Position numbers and translations under genes: made by a program
Source: Cellvibrionales bacterium
GTDB lineage: Bacteria > Pseudomonadota > Gammaproteobacteria > Pseudomonadales > UBA7434
Direction of reading: 5' to 3'
NCBI GenBank assembly: GCA_002726445.1
Contig: PBSZ01000059.1
Coordinates: 1-44,782, forward strand
Length of the DNA: 44,782 bases
Shown: positions 20,563-29,463 of the stretch, piece after piece
Layout: every line of letters begins with the position of its first letter
How positions within the stretch are numbered: position 1 is the stretch's first letter
Notes under the pieces: model-generated
What the model saw: only the letters and a program-made list of their open reading frames with translations
Databases searched by the model: none
What the model was told of the DNA's origin: nothing

Positions 20563-21261
20563 ATGACATCAACTGACCCAAGTAAACAACGAGCAATTAA
20601 AAGTTTTGCTATCCGCAGCGGCAGGATGACCGCAGCGCAACGTGAGGGTTTACAGACTCACCTACAAAAATGGGGCTTAAGCACTCGCGAAGGTCTCATT
20701 AATTGCGCTCAGGTATTTAATAACGATCATCCCACGGTATTAGAAATTGGCTTTGGTATGGGCGACTCACTGGCGTCTATGGCCGCTGCCGAACCTAAGA
20801 AAAACTTTATGGGTGTTGAAGTCCACAGTCCTGGTATCGGGCGCCTACTATCCCTTGTTGCCAGCCAAGAGCTTCATAACGTGCGTGTTTTCGATGGTGA
20901 CGCCGTAGAGATTTTAAAAAATAATATTGCCCCTCAGAGCCTGAGTAGAGTGAATATTTATTTTCCGGATCCATGGCATAAAACAAAGCATCATAAAAGA
21001 CGGCTCATACAGCCTGAATTTTTAAGCTTATTACATTCCCGCCTTTCTCTTGGTGGCCTATTGCATATCGCTACCGATTGGCAGCATTATGCGAATCAAG
21101 TGCTCAAACTTCTTGATGAACAGCCTCAATTTGAAAATATTGGCGACCAGCATGGCTGCGTCGATGCTATTGATTTCGGCAGGCCTGAAACCAAATTTGA
21201 GCGCCGAGGAAAGCGCTTAGGCCATGGCGTTTGGGATATGGCATTTAGAACAACAAACTGA
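20563..21261 (+). CDS. trmB: tRNA (guanine46-N7)-methyltransferase
   Basis: LEIGFGMGDSL, MGVEVH and IYFPDPWHKTKHHKRRLIQPEF. Confidence 0.9.
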   Translation: MTSTDPSKQRAIKSFAIRSGRMTAAQREGLQTHLQKWGLSTREGLINCAQVFNNDHPTVLEIGFGMGDSLASMAAAEPKKNFMGVEVHSPGIGRLLSLVASQELHNVRVFDGDAVEILKNNIAPQSLSRVNIYFPDPWHKTKHHKRRLIQPEFLSLLHSRLSLGGLLHIATDWQHYANQVLKLLDEQPQFENIGDQHGCVDAIDFGRPETKFERRGKRLGHGVWDMAFRTTN

Positions 21262-21264
21262 TAG

Positions 21265-22413
21265 CTACGGGTCAAAATGAGCGATCATATTGTTTAAAAA
21301 CAAACGACCCTTAGCCGTTGGCCGATACAAAGATCCCACTTTTTCTAATAATTCTTGTTTTTCTAGATCAATAAGCTTCGGCCCAATGTCAGAAAACAAC
21401 AAGCCAGTTCGCTGACTAAATAATTCCTTCGTAAAGCCTTCATGTAAACGCAAGTGGTTCATCATAAATTCAAGCGCTAACTCCGATCGGTCAATCGGCT
21501 GTGAGCCTGCCACTTTATCTTGCTTAGCTAGGTAGTCCTCAGGCGTTCGCGTTTTCCAGCGCCTAATTATTTGTTGGTTAGCTAAAGTTATTTTCCCATG
21601 TGCACCCGCACCAATGCCAAGGTAGTCGCCGAATTGCCAATAATTTTTATTATGCCGACTATACTTTCCTTCTCGAGCAAAAGCCGAAACCTCATACTGG
21701 TAATACTGTGAGCGCTCAAGTAAAGCTAAGCCTTCGACAAATAAATTATCTAAAATATTTTCAACCGGGAGTTGTGGCGGGCTATTATAAAAAACCGTGT
21801 TTTTTTCAATAGTCAACTGATACCAAGATAAATGTTCTGGCGATAAAGCGATAGCCTGATGAAGATCATCAAGCCCCTGAGTGAAAGATTGCTCAGGCAA
21901 GCCGTGCATAATATCCAGATTAATATTATTAAAACCAGAAGACCTAGCAGCTCGATAAGCCTTATAAGCCTGGGCACTATCATGGACGCGGCCTAACTGT
22001 TTAAGTGAGTGATCTGAAAAACTTTGGACACCTAACGATAAGCGATTAATACCCGCTTCTAAAAATCCGTCAAAATGCTTACTATCAATGGCGCCAGGAT
22101 TAGCCTCAATAGTGACCTCCAAACTATCGCTTAAGTTAAGCTGCTGATGGAGCTGCTTGAATAAATCAATATAAAATTGACCGCTCAGTAAACTGGGCGT
22201 GCCGCCGCCAATAAAAATTGAATGGATCTCGCGAAGAGGGTTTTCTAAGTTTAAGTCCGCCTTAAGGTCGACGAGCAACGCCTGCAAGTATTGTTGCTCA
22301 GGAAGATCTGTCAGATCTGCTTTTAATTCATGAGAATTAAAGTCGCAATAAGGGCATTTACGAATACACCACGGTATATGAATATATAAACTCAGTGGTG
22401 GTAATTGAATCAA
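21265..22413 (-). CDS. hemW: Radical-SAM heme chaperone HemW (HemN-like, oxygen-independent coproporphyrinogen oxidase family)
   Basis: LSLYIHIPWCIRKCPYCDFNS (CxxxCxxC). The apparent start is TTG at 22413, overlapping the rdgB stop (TTGA). The rdgB-hemW pairing matches E. coli and Pseudomonas. Confidence 0.88.
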   Translation of the reverse strand: MIQLPPLSLYIHIPWCIRKCPYCDFNSHELKADLTDLPEQQYLQALLVDLKADLNLENPLREIHSIFIGGGTPSLLSGQFYIDLFKQLHQQLNLSDSLEVTIEANPGAIDSKHFDGFLEAGINRLSLGVQSFSDHSLKQLGRVHDSAQAYKAYRAARSSGFNNINLDIMHGLPEQSFTQGLDDLHQAIALSPEHLSWYQLTIEKNTVFYNSPPQLPVENILDNLFVEGLALLERSQYYQYEVSAFAREGKYSRHNKNYWQFGDYLGIGAGAHGKITLANQQIIRRWKTRTPEDYLAKQDKVAGSQPIDRSELALEFMMNHLRLHEGFTKELFSQRTGLLFSDIGPKLIDLEKQELLEKVGSLYRPTAKGRLFLNNMIAHFDP

Positions 22414-23033
22414 GGCAGTAAACCAACCGCATCCATTTGCTCAAACAGCATTTTCAGTGCCTGGCCACGATGACTGATGCTATTTTTGAGCGCAGGGTCG
22501 AGTTCTGCGCTGGCGCAATTATATTCTGGCAAGAAAAATAATGGGTCGTAACCAAAGCCATGATTACCGCGCGGCTCGGTTAATATCACCCCCTGCCAAC
22601 GAGCCACACAGACCATCGGTGAAGGATCAGTTTCATGCCGCATAAATGCTAAGGCGCAAACAAATCGAGCGGTCCGCTCGCTGGCAGGCTTACCTTCTAG
22701 CAACCGAAGCAATTTACTGTTATTCGCTTCATCACCGGTTCGCATGCCATTCTCATCTTCGCCAAAGCGAGCTGAATAAATACCGGGCGCGCCATTTAAT
22801 GCATCAACTTCAAGACCTGAATCATCAGCAATTGCGGCTATGCCAGTAAGCTTCGCCGCATTGCGGGCTTTAATTATCGCATTTTCAATAAAACTCAAGC
22901 CATCTTCAATGGCTTCAGGCACGGAAAAATCACTTTGCGGCATAATCGTTAACTGACTGGCCGAAAATAATTGTTCAAATTCTTTTAATTTTCCAGCGTT
23001 CCCACTGGCAATAACGACTTGCTGTAGACTCAT
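22410..23033 (-). CDS. rdgB: dITP/XTP pyrophosphatase (non-canonical purine NTP pyrophosphatase)
   Basis: VIASGNAGKLKEFEQL, DDSGLEVDALNGAPGIYSAR, FGYDPLF and SHRGQAL. Confidence 0.9.
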   Translation of the reverse strand: MSLQQVVIASGNAGKLKEFEQLFSASQLTIMPQSDFSVPEAIEDGLSFIENAIIKARNAAKLTGIAAIADDSGLEVDALNGAPGIYSARFGEDENGMRTGDEANNSKLLRLLEGKPASERTARFVCALAFMRHETDPSPMVCVARWQGVILTEPRGNHGFGYDPLFFLPEYNCASAELDPALKNSISHRGQALKMLFEQMDAVGLLP

Positions 23034-23060
23034 GGCTTATTACTTCTTCAATGATATTTA

Positions 23061-23513
23061 TCAATTTAGATAAAAATGGTGCTGGAACTTAACCTTGATC
23101 GGGGCATCACTTCCTTCAGGCGTGACATAAGCCTCAATGATAATTTTTTCATTATCATTGCTTATTTTAAATTTCGCTAAATAATAAATGGCGTCTGGCT
23201 CTTTAACTTCCTTAAACACCATTTTATTTTTGTGCAGCAAGTTAAACCATGTGGCGTTTATCTTTTTCGCGCCAACCGGGATGCTGGTTCCGTCAACTAA
23301 ATATTCCCGCAAGGAAATATTGATTAAAGCCAAGTTCTTTGCGCGCTTAACACCAATCGCTTTAGCCGTTTCGGGCTCTAAGAAAGTCGTGTTAAAAACA
23401 CTATAAAGAACTTCATAACGGCCTTTTTTGACCGACGTTTCGCCTACAGCAAATACAGTAGATGAGCAGCTGATAGCTAAAAGCGCTAAGAAAAACCATC
23501 TTTGAGTCTTCAT
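23061..23513 (-). CDS. DUF4426-like exported protein
   Basis: The ATG at 23513 gives MKTQRWFFLALLAISCSSTVFA, a signal peptide. The longer track ORF (to 23675) would overlap metW by 155 nt. Its position between metW and rdgB matches the conserved Pseudomonas hypothetical gene. The family name is recalled from synteny, not proven. Confidence 0.6.
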   Translation of the reverse strand: MKTQRWFFLALLAISCSSTVFAVGETSVKKGRYEVLYSVFNTTFLEPETAKAIGVKRAKNLALINISLREYLVDGTSIPVGAKKINATWFNLLHKNKMVFKEVKEPDAIYYLAKFKISNDNEKIIIEAYVTPEGSDAPIKVKFQHHFYLN

Positions 23514-23520
23514 TAATGTC

Positions 23521-24129
23521 TTACCGAGTAACATGGTAGATTGCATGGGCGCCGAAAAAATTTGGCCAAATTTTGTTATACCATTTGGGTCGGTGATCTT
23601 TTTTAGTGCCCACCAAAGCCATCTGAACCGTTCTGTGGATAATCTTAATATTTTTTTCAACGCATAAATTTTCAAAATCTTTAACCGTGCAAAAGTGAAT
23701 ATTAGGCGTGTCGTACCAATGATAGGGCATCATTTTACTCACCGGCATTTTACCGCGTAGCATTAAATACCAGCGAGCTTGCCAATGACCAAAATTAGGA
23801 AAAGTAATAATACACTCCTTACCTACCCGCAACATTTCTTCTAAAACAAAATCTGGTCGCCGAACCGCCTGCAAAGTCTGGGTCAATAAAACCGTATCAA
23901 AGCTATTGTCAGAAAAATTACTTAGCCCTTTATCAATATCCTGCTCTATGACACTGAGACCCTTGCCAACACAGCAAGTAATATTATCGGTATCAATTTC
24001 TATCCCTAATCCGCTAATGTTTTTTTCGTTGACTAGATCATCAAGTAAAGCGCCATCACCGCAACCAAGATCTAATACTCTAGTATGAGGGTGAATCCAC
24101 TGCTTAAGAGTGATCAGATCATGACGCAT
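23521..24129 (-). CDS. metW: Methionine biosynthesis protein MetW (methyltransferase fold)
   Basis: [29 protein letters not shown]. The gene overlaps the 3' end of metX by 11 nt, which is typical of metXW operons. Confidence 0.88.
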   Translation of the reverse strand: MRHDLITLKQWIHPHTRVLDLGCGDGALLDDLVNEKNISGLGIEIDTDNITCCVGKGLSVIEQDIDKGLSNFSDNSFDTVLLTQTLQAVRRPDFVLEEMLRVGKECIITFPNFGHWQARWYLMLRGKMPVSKMMPYHWYDTPNIHFCTVKDFENLCVEKNIKIIHRTVQMALVGTKKDHRPKWYNKIWPNFFGAHAIYHVTR

Positions 24130-25303
24130 GATTATCACCTGTTAATGTAAGTTCGTCACTGGCTAGCTGCTGGGATACTTGTTTCATATACGCGGTAAAC
24201 ACCTGATTGTATCTTTCAACAGGTAATAAAAAAGAGTCGTGCCCCAATGGTGCATCGATCTCAACATAACTAACCGCTTGCTGGGCGCCAATTAAAGCCT
24301 GCACAATCTCTTCTGATCGCTGCGGGGAGAAGCGCCAATCACTAGAAAAAGACATGACTAAAAATTTGCATTTGGCATTACGAAAAGCATTCACTGGATC
24401 ATCATTGTATTCACGCGCTAAATCAAAAAGGTCTAAAGCCTTGGTCATTAGCATATACGTATTGGCATCAAAGTTTTCAGAAAATATATCCCCTTGGTGG
24501 TGAAGATAACTTTCAACCTGAAACTCTAAAGCTGATTCTGTGCCCTGTTCAAAGCTGCCCGAACGAAGCTCGCGGCCAAACTTTTCACCCATTACACCAT
24601 CAGATAAATACGTGATATGGCCAATCATTCTGGCAATCGCCAAGCCTCGCTTAGGTATAACATCATGCTGATAATAACGACCACCATGAAAGTCTGGGTC
24701 TGAACTAATGGCGGTTCTAGAGGTATTATTAAAAGCAATATTTTGCGCCGTCAGTTTTAGCGCTGAAGCAATAACCACGCAATGCCGAATTCTATCAGGA
24801 TATTCAAGCGACCAACGCATGGCTTGCATACCACCTAAACTGCCGCCGACTACAGCCGCCCATTGCTGAATGACTAAATGATCAGCTAACAAGCGCTGGC
24901 TTTCAACCCAGTCCCGCACTCTCAGTGTCGGGAAATCTGGTCCCCATGGTTCTCCTGTGGCGGGGTTTATCGATGTTGGGCCGGTACTGCCGCTACAACC
25001 ACCAATATTATTTAAGCTGACAACAAAAAATAAGTTGGTATCAATCGCCTTGCCTGGGCCAATATAATTATCCCACCAACCGGGCTTTTTATCGTCTTCT
25101 TTGTAATAACCAGCGGCATGATGATCGCCTGACAAGGCGTGGCAAATTAATACCGCATTGGAGTGATCGCTGTTTAGGCTACCATAAGTTTCGTAGACAA
25201 TATCTAAATTTGGCAAATCTCGCCCACAAGAAACCCTGAACGGCGCATCAAAATGAACCGTTTTAGCTGTCACTAGGCCGACTGAATTCGCTGAAAATTT
25301 CAT
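24119..25303 (-). CDS. metX: Homoserine O-acyltransferase MetX (probably succinyl-transferring, as in MetXW organisms)
   Basis: Alpha/beta hydrolase fold with the nucleophile motif [21 protein letters not shown], and the C-terminal GHDSFLL. Confidence 0.9.
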   Translation of the reverse strand: MKFSANSVGLVTAKTVHFDAPFRVSCGRDLPNLDIVYETYGSLNSDHSNAVLICHALSGDHHAAGYYKEDDKKPGWWDNYIGPGKAIDTNLFFVVSLNNIGGCSGSTGPTSINPATGEPWGPDFPTLRVRDWVESQRLLADHLVIQQWAAVVGGSLGGMQAMRWSLEYPDRIRHCVVIASALKLTAQNIAFNNTSRTAISSDPDFHGGRYYQHDVIPKRGLAIARMIGHITYLSDGVMGEKFGRELRSGSFEQGTESALEFQVESYLHHQGDIFSENFDANTYMLMTKALDLFDLAREYNDDPVNAFRNAKCKFLVMSFSSDWRFSPQRSEEIVQALIGAQQAVSYVEIDAPLGHDSFLLPVERYNQVFTAYMKQVSQQLASDELTLTGDNHAS

Positions 25304-25414
25304 AGTGTTTTGTCACCAACGACTAAATGTTTAGCTTACACTGCATGACGACTCTTGCTATAGCGTTATTTCCGTTAATTATATGGCTATGTCTCTCGGT
25401 TACTTGCGGTATAC

Positions 25415-25804
25415 CTAGTCCTGCAGCCATTGTTTTGCTTGTTGCATTATGCGGCTCTGAGCAATGGCGATAAACGCTAGTACCCCACTTAAATTAGCTG
25501 CCATATCCGCAATTGAGCAATATCGATTCGGCAATGTTGCTTGCAGCAATTCAATAATGATTCCATACACAACCGCCGACCCAGCGGCGAGTAAAAAAAT
25601 AGACCGGCTGTTAATTAAAATAAATGGCCAAATCATTAACGTAAAATAAGCAAGAAAATGCAAGACCTTATCAGAGTGTGAAAACGGCATAGCGGCCAAG
25701 GCAGGCTTGACCGCAAAATAACTCATCACAGATAATTGGCTGATCAGCAGAAACAACGCCATTAATCGAAACCAATACTGATAACGCATTCGTCTAGCAC
25801 TCAC
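25415..25804 (-). CDS. VanZ-like membrane protein
   Basis: 129 aa, 4 TM segments, with DKVLHFLAYFTLM and IADMAANLSGVL (VanZ family signatures from memory). The GTG start at 25804 overlaps the upstream gene's stop (GTGA). The ATG at 25789 is an alternative start. Confidence 0.65.
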   Translation of the reverse strand: MSARRMRYQYWFRLMALFLLISQLSVMSYFAVKPALAAMPFSHSDKVLHFLAYFTLMIWPFILINSRSIFLLAAGSAVVYGIIIELLQATLPNRYCSIADMAANLSGVLAFIAIAQSRIMQQAKQWLQD

Positions 25805-26241
25805 TGCATTAACTGCAGGGCCTCACGGACAACCATCACCAACATGGCGATCGTTGAGAGAGAGAAAAATGAAAACCGTGCCATCACATTATTGCTAGTT
25901 ATCTGAATTAATGAGTGCAATACCCTTAGCGCTACATAAGCCCAAGCCAACTGCACCTGCAGAGCATCAACTTGCCCTGCTAACGCCAAATAAAAGCACA
26001 GCGCGTAAAATATCGTCGGCTGCTCCATCAAATGATTATAATTATCAGCAGAAGCCTCTACCTTGGTTGGCAATATTCCACTTAATGCGCTCGGATGTTT
26101 GACTGACTGCGGGTCGATTTCTGCTTTAGCCATCGCAGGCATACGCATCGCATACATGCGAATAAAAATAACCAAACTCCATGCAATTAAAGCCAATACG
26201 GGCATTAAAATAGCCGTATTTACAACGATTGAATCTGTCAT
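25801..26241 (-). CDS. MAPEG-family membrane protein
   Basis: 146 aa, multi-TM, with a NYNHLMEQPTIFY-type N-x-x-E-Q-x-P motif region. The assignment is by motif only. Confidence 0.55.
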   Translation of the reverse strand: MTDSIVVNTAILMPVLALIAWSLVIFIRMYAMRMPAMAKAEIDPQSVKHPSALSGILPTKVEASADNYNHLMEQPTIFYALCFYLALAGQVDALQVQLAWAYVALRVLHSLIQITSNNVMARFSFFSLSTIAMLVMVVREALQLMQ

Positions 26242-26287
26242 GCTTTTCTCCTATTGTTTGCTTATTGGTATAAGAATTACACAAGTA

Positions 26288-27175
26288 TTATTCGTCAGAA
26301 AAACCTTCTTTAAAACTCGGATACTGCAGGCTAAACCCTGAGTCCAGCAAGCGATGATTTAAGCAGCGTTTATTGCCTCCTCGACCTGAGGCTGCACCTT
26401 GTCTCAACGAGGCTAACGATATTCTATTTTTATTTGCTAACCATTGCATTACTTCATAGAGAGGTGTTGGTTGGCTGTCGACGGCAAGATAAATAGATTC
26501 AAGTGGCTGGCCTGCTTGATACCGCCACAAGAGATGCATAAAAATACGACAACAATCGTCGATATGTATGCGATTGCTAATCATCGCTGGCTCCCGAGGG
26601 CAAATCTCACCGGCCTCTAAGCGGGACACTAAGCGACTTTTACCGCGGCCGTATATACCTCCAAAGCGAATCGAGCTGGCAGGCCCTGAATATTGCTCGA
26701 TTAATGCCTCAGCTTCCAGCATAGTCTGGCCAGAAAAGCTCGTTGGCACAGTGACACTGCTCTCATCAACCGATGAGCCATCGGTTTGACCATAGACACT
26801 GGTCGATGAAGCAAAAAGCACCAATGGACTAACCGCTTGGGCAGATAATGGGCGACTTAGCGACTGCAAGACATGGTGTAAACCTTCGATATAGGTTCGC
26901 CGGTAAGCGTCGGCAGTAAAACTATCGGCCGTCAATGTGACAATAACCGCATCCCATTGCTGTTCACTTAATACCGCCAAGCTCGCTGGCTGGGTAATAT
27001 CAATACTCAGAGCCGCTATGCTCTCAGGCAGTGACTGGATGGTTCGCCTAGCACCAACAGCCTCATAATGATCAGCCTGGAGCAAGCCTGCTGTTTGAAT
27101 GCCCAGCTCGCCACAGCCAACCAGCAATACCTTGCCCTTGGTCTTCAGTTGCTGTGATGTAAGAGAATTTGCCAT
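26288..27175 (-). CDS. NAD(P)-binding Rossmann-fold protein, atypical extended-SDR / epimerase-like
   Basis: The N-terminus KVLLVGCGELGIQTAG is GxGxxG-like, and ASSTSVYG is present. I could not see a clear YxxxK catalytic pair; the expected region reads SFSGQTMLEAE. Confidence 0.6.
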   Translation of the reverse strand: MANSLTSQQLKTKGKVLLVGCGELGIQTAGLLQADHYEAVGARRTIQSLPESIAALSIDITQPASLAVLSEQQWDAVIVTLTADSFTADAYRRTYIEGLHHVLQSLSRPLSAQAVSPLVLFASSTSVYGQTDGSSVDESSVTVPTSFSGQTMLEAEALIEQYSGPASSIRFGGIYGRGKSRLVSRLEAGEICPREPAMISNRIHIDDCCRIFMHLLWRYQAGQPLESIYLAVDSQPTPLYEVMQWLANKNRISLASLRQGAASGRGGNKRCLNHRLLDSGFSLQYPSFKEGFSDE

Positions 27176-27361
27176 AATTTATTTTCAGCGAAAACGTATT
27201 GTTAGGTCAGATAATAACATTGAATCGTCATCGGCAACATAAGGCTTTGCAGAGAACGATGGACTGGGCTTTCGCTTTATCTATTGGCCAGTTATGATGG
27301 TATTAAGCGCTCATATAAACGCAAAAATACTGATCCATTGCAGCTCGCGATTAAGATACTT

Positions 27362-29455
27362 ATGCAGAATCATGTTTCTCCACAGCCAATACCATTATCG
27401 ACAATCAAAGGCGTTGGGCCCGCTATTGCTCGTAAACTGAATGCATTGGGCATCTTTTCAGCCACTGATCTATTGTTTCATTTACCGCTGCGTTATCAAG
27501 ATAGAACCACCGTCCAATCTATCGGTAGTTTGCAGTCAGGCCATGCGGTGGTCATTGAAGGAGAGGTCACGGCCTGTAATATAATATTTGGTAAACGGCG
27601 AAGCCTAGTATGTAAAATTAAAGATCAAAGCGGTGTATTAACACTTCGCTTCTTTCACTTTTCAGCCGCTCAAAAAAAACAGATGGTCAATGGCCAGTTG
27701 TTACGTTGCTTTGGTGAAGTCAATATTAATCGTGGCAGCGCTGAAATGATTCACCCAGAATATCAGCGTATTAACGCCGGTGACCCTCTACCTAATCCAA
27801 CTCATCTAACCGCTATATACCCGACAGTCGATGGAATCAGTCAGATACGATGGCGCAATTATATCGAAGGCGCTTTTGCTGTGAGCAATAATGCCTCTGT
27901 CGAAACGCTGATTGATAACGAAAAAATATCAGCGATTAAACAAACACTAGCCGCCGACCTTTTCAGCTCGCTAAAGTTACTACACTACCCTCCTGCGACA
28001 ATCGACTTAGCGCTTATCTCAACAGGCATGCACCCATTGCAGCGACAGTTAGCATTTGAAGAGTTAGTCGCACAGCGGCTATCACATTTATTATTGCGTA
28101 AAACCAGCCTAACAACGCCAGCGATTGCTATTGAGCCTAATGCAGGAATAGAAGAAACATTTTTAAGCCGCTTAGCATTCACGTTAACCGGTGCCCAACA
28201 GCGAGTTTTACAACAAATTAAAAATGATATTGCCAAGCCGCAGCCAATGATGCGCTTATTACAAGGGGACGTTGGCTCGGGTAAAACAATTGTCGCTGCC
28301 ACCGCGGCATTACAGTTTATCAGTCAACATCAGCAAGTTGTCATTATGGCGCCAACAGAAATTTTAGCCGAACAACATCTCGAAACGTTCACTGAATGGT
28401 TTGCTAACTTAAACATCCGTACTGGCTTATTAGTCAGTAAAATACCTGCGGCAGAAAAAAGGCAGCGCTTAGCGTCTATTGCTAATGGTGAAATGCAGAT
28501 TATTATTGGTACTCATGCCCTGATTCAAGAGCAAGTTAATTACCAAAACCTGGGTTTAATTGTTATCGATGAACAACACCGCTTTGGTGTTGACCAGCGG
28601 CGAAAACTGAAAGATAAGCGGCTTGATCACTTTGGCGTCCATCAACTGGTTATGACTGCAACGCCCATCCCTCGTACTTTAGCCATGACATTTTATGCCG
28701 ACCTCGACTACTCAGTGATTGATGAATTGCCACCGGGACGATCGCCAATTGAAACAGTCGCTTTAAGTAATGATCGACGCGGCGCAGTCATCGACCGGGT
28801 TAATAATGCCTGTCAGCAAGGGCGGCAAGTGTATTGGGTATGTACCTTAATTGAGGAGTCGGAGCAATTAGACTGCCAAGCCGCCGAAACCACGGCCAAT
28901 GAACTTGTGACTCTGCTGCCAAATATCACTGTCGGGCTAATTCACGGCCGATTAAAGCCGGCGCAAAAACAGATCATCATGCAGCATTTTAATGCAGGCG
29001 ATATTCAGCTGTTGGTCTCGACCACAGTCGTTGAAGTGGGTGTAAACGTACCCAATGCAAGTCTAATGATAATTGAAAATCCAGAGCGACTGGGCTTATC
29101 GCAATTACACCAACTTCGTGGCCGCGTGGGTCGCGGGGAAATACAAAGCCACTGTGTGCTAATGTATCAAAAACCATTATCAAAAAATGGTAAGCAGCGT
29201 ATCGATATTATGCGCGCCACTAATGATGGTTTTGTGTTGGCACAAAAAGATCTTGAAATGCGCGGTCCTGGCCAAGTACTAGGTACTCGCCAATCGGGTG
29301 CTAGTTTATTTAAAATGGCTGATCTAGAGCGCGACAGTGATTTAATTCCAGATGTTGTGGCTTATTCAGATGCGGTGATTGACCAAAATCCATCTATGGC
29401 CAATAAACTCATCGAACGCTGGTGTCCTTTAGCAAGTAACTATATTGACGTTTGA
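27362..29455 (+). CDS. recG: ATP-dependent DNA helicase RecG
   Basis: LSTIKGVGPAIARKLNALGI, the wedge-domain region, helicase motif I GDVGSGKT, DEQHRFGV, TATPIPRTL and QLHQLRGRVGRG. I prefer the ATG at 27362 (697 aa) to the TTG at 27284 in the track. Confidence 0.92.
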   Translation: MQNHVSPQPIPLSTIKGVGPAIARKLNALGIFSATDLLFHLPLRYQDRTTVQSIGSLQSGHAVVIEGEVTACNIIFGKRRSLVCKIKDQSGVLTLRFFHFSAAQKKQMVNGQLLRCFGEVNINRGSAEMIHPEYQRINAGDPLPNPTHLTAIYPTVDGISQIRWRNYIEGAFAVSNNASVETLIDNEKISAIKQTLAADLFSSLKLLHYPPATIDLALISTGMHPLQRQLAFEELVAQRLSHLLLRKTSLTTPAIAIEPNAGIEETFLSRLAFTLTGAQQRVLQQIKNDIAKPQPMMRLLQGDVGSGKTIVAATAALQFISQHQQVVIMAPTEILAEQHLETFTEWFANLNIRTGLLVSKIPAAEKRQRLASIANGEMQIIIGTHALIQEQVNYQNLGLIVIDEQHRFGVDQRRKLKDKRLDHFGVHQLVMTATPIPRTLAMTFYADLDYSVIDELPPGRSPIETVALSNDRRGAVIDRVNNACQQGRQVYWVCTLIEESEQLDCQAAETTANELVTLLPNITVGLIHGRLKPAQKQIIMQHFNAGDIQLLVSTTVVEVGVNVPNASLMIIENPERLGLSQLHQLRGRVGRGEIQSHCVLMYQKPLSKNGKQRIDIMRATNDGFVLAQKDLEMRGPGQVLGTRQSGASLFKMADLERDSDLIPDVVAYSDAVIDQNPSMANKLIERWCPLASNYIDV

Positions 29456-29463
29456 AGCTATCT

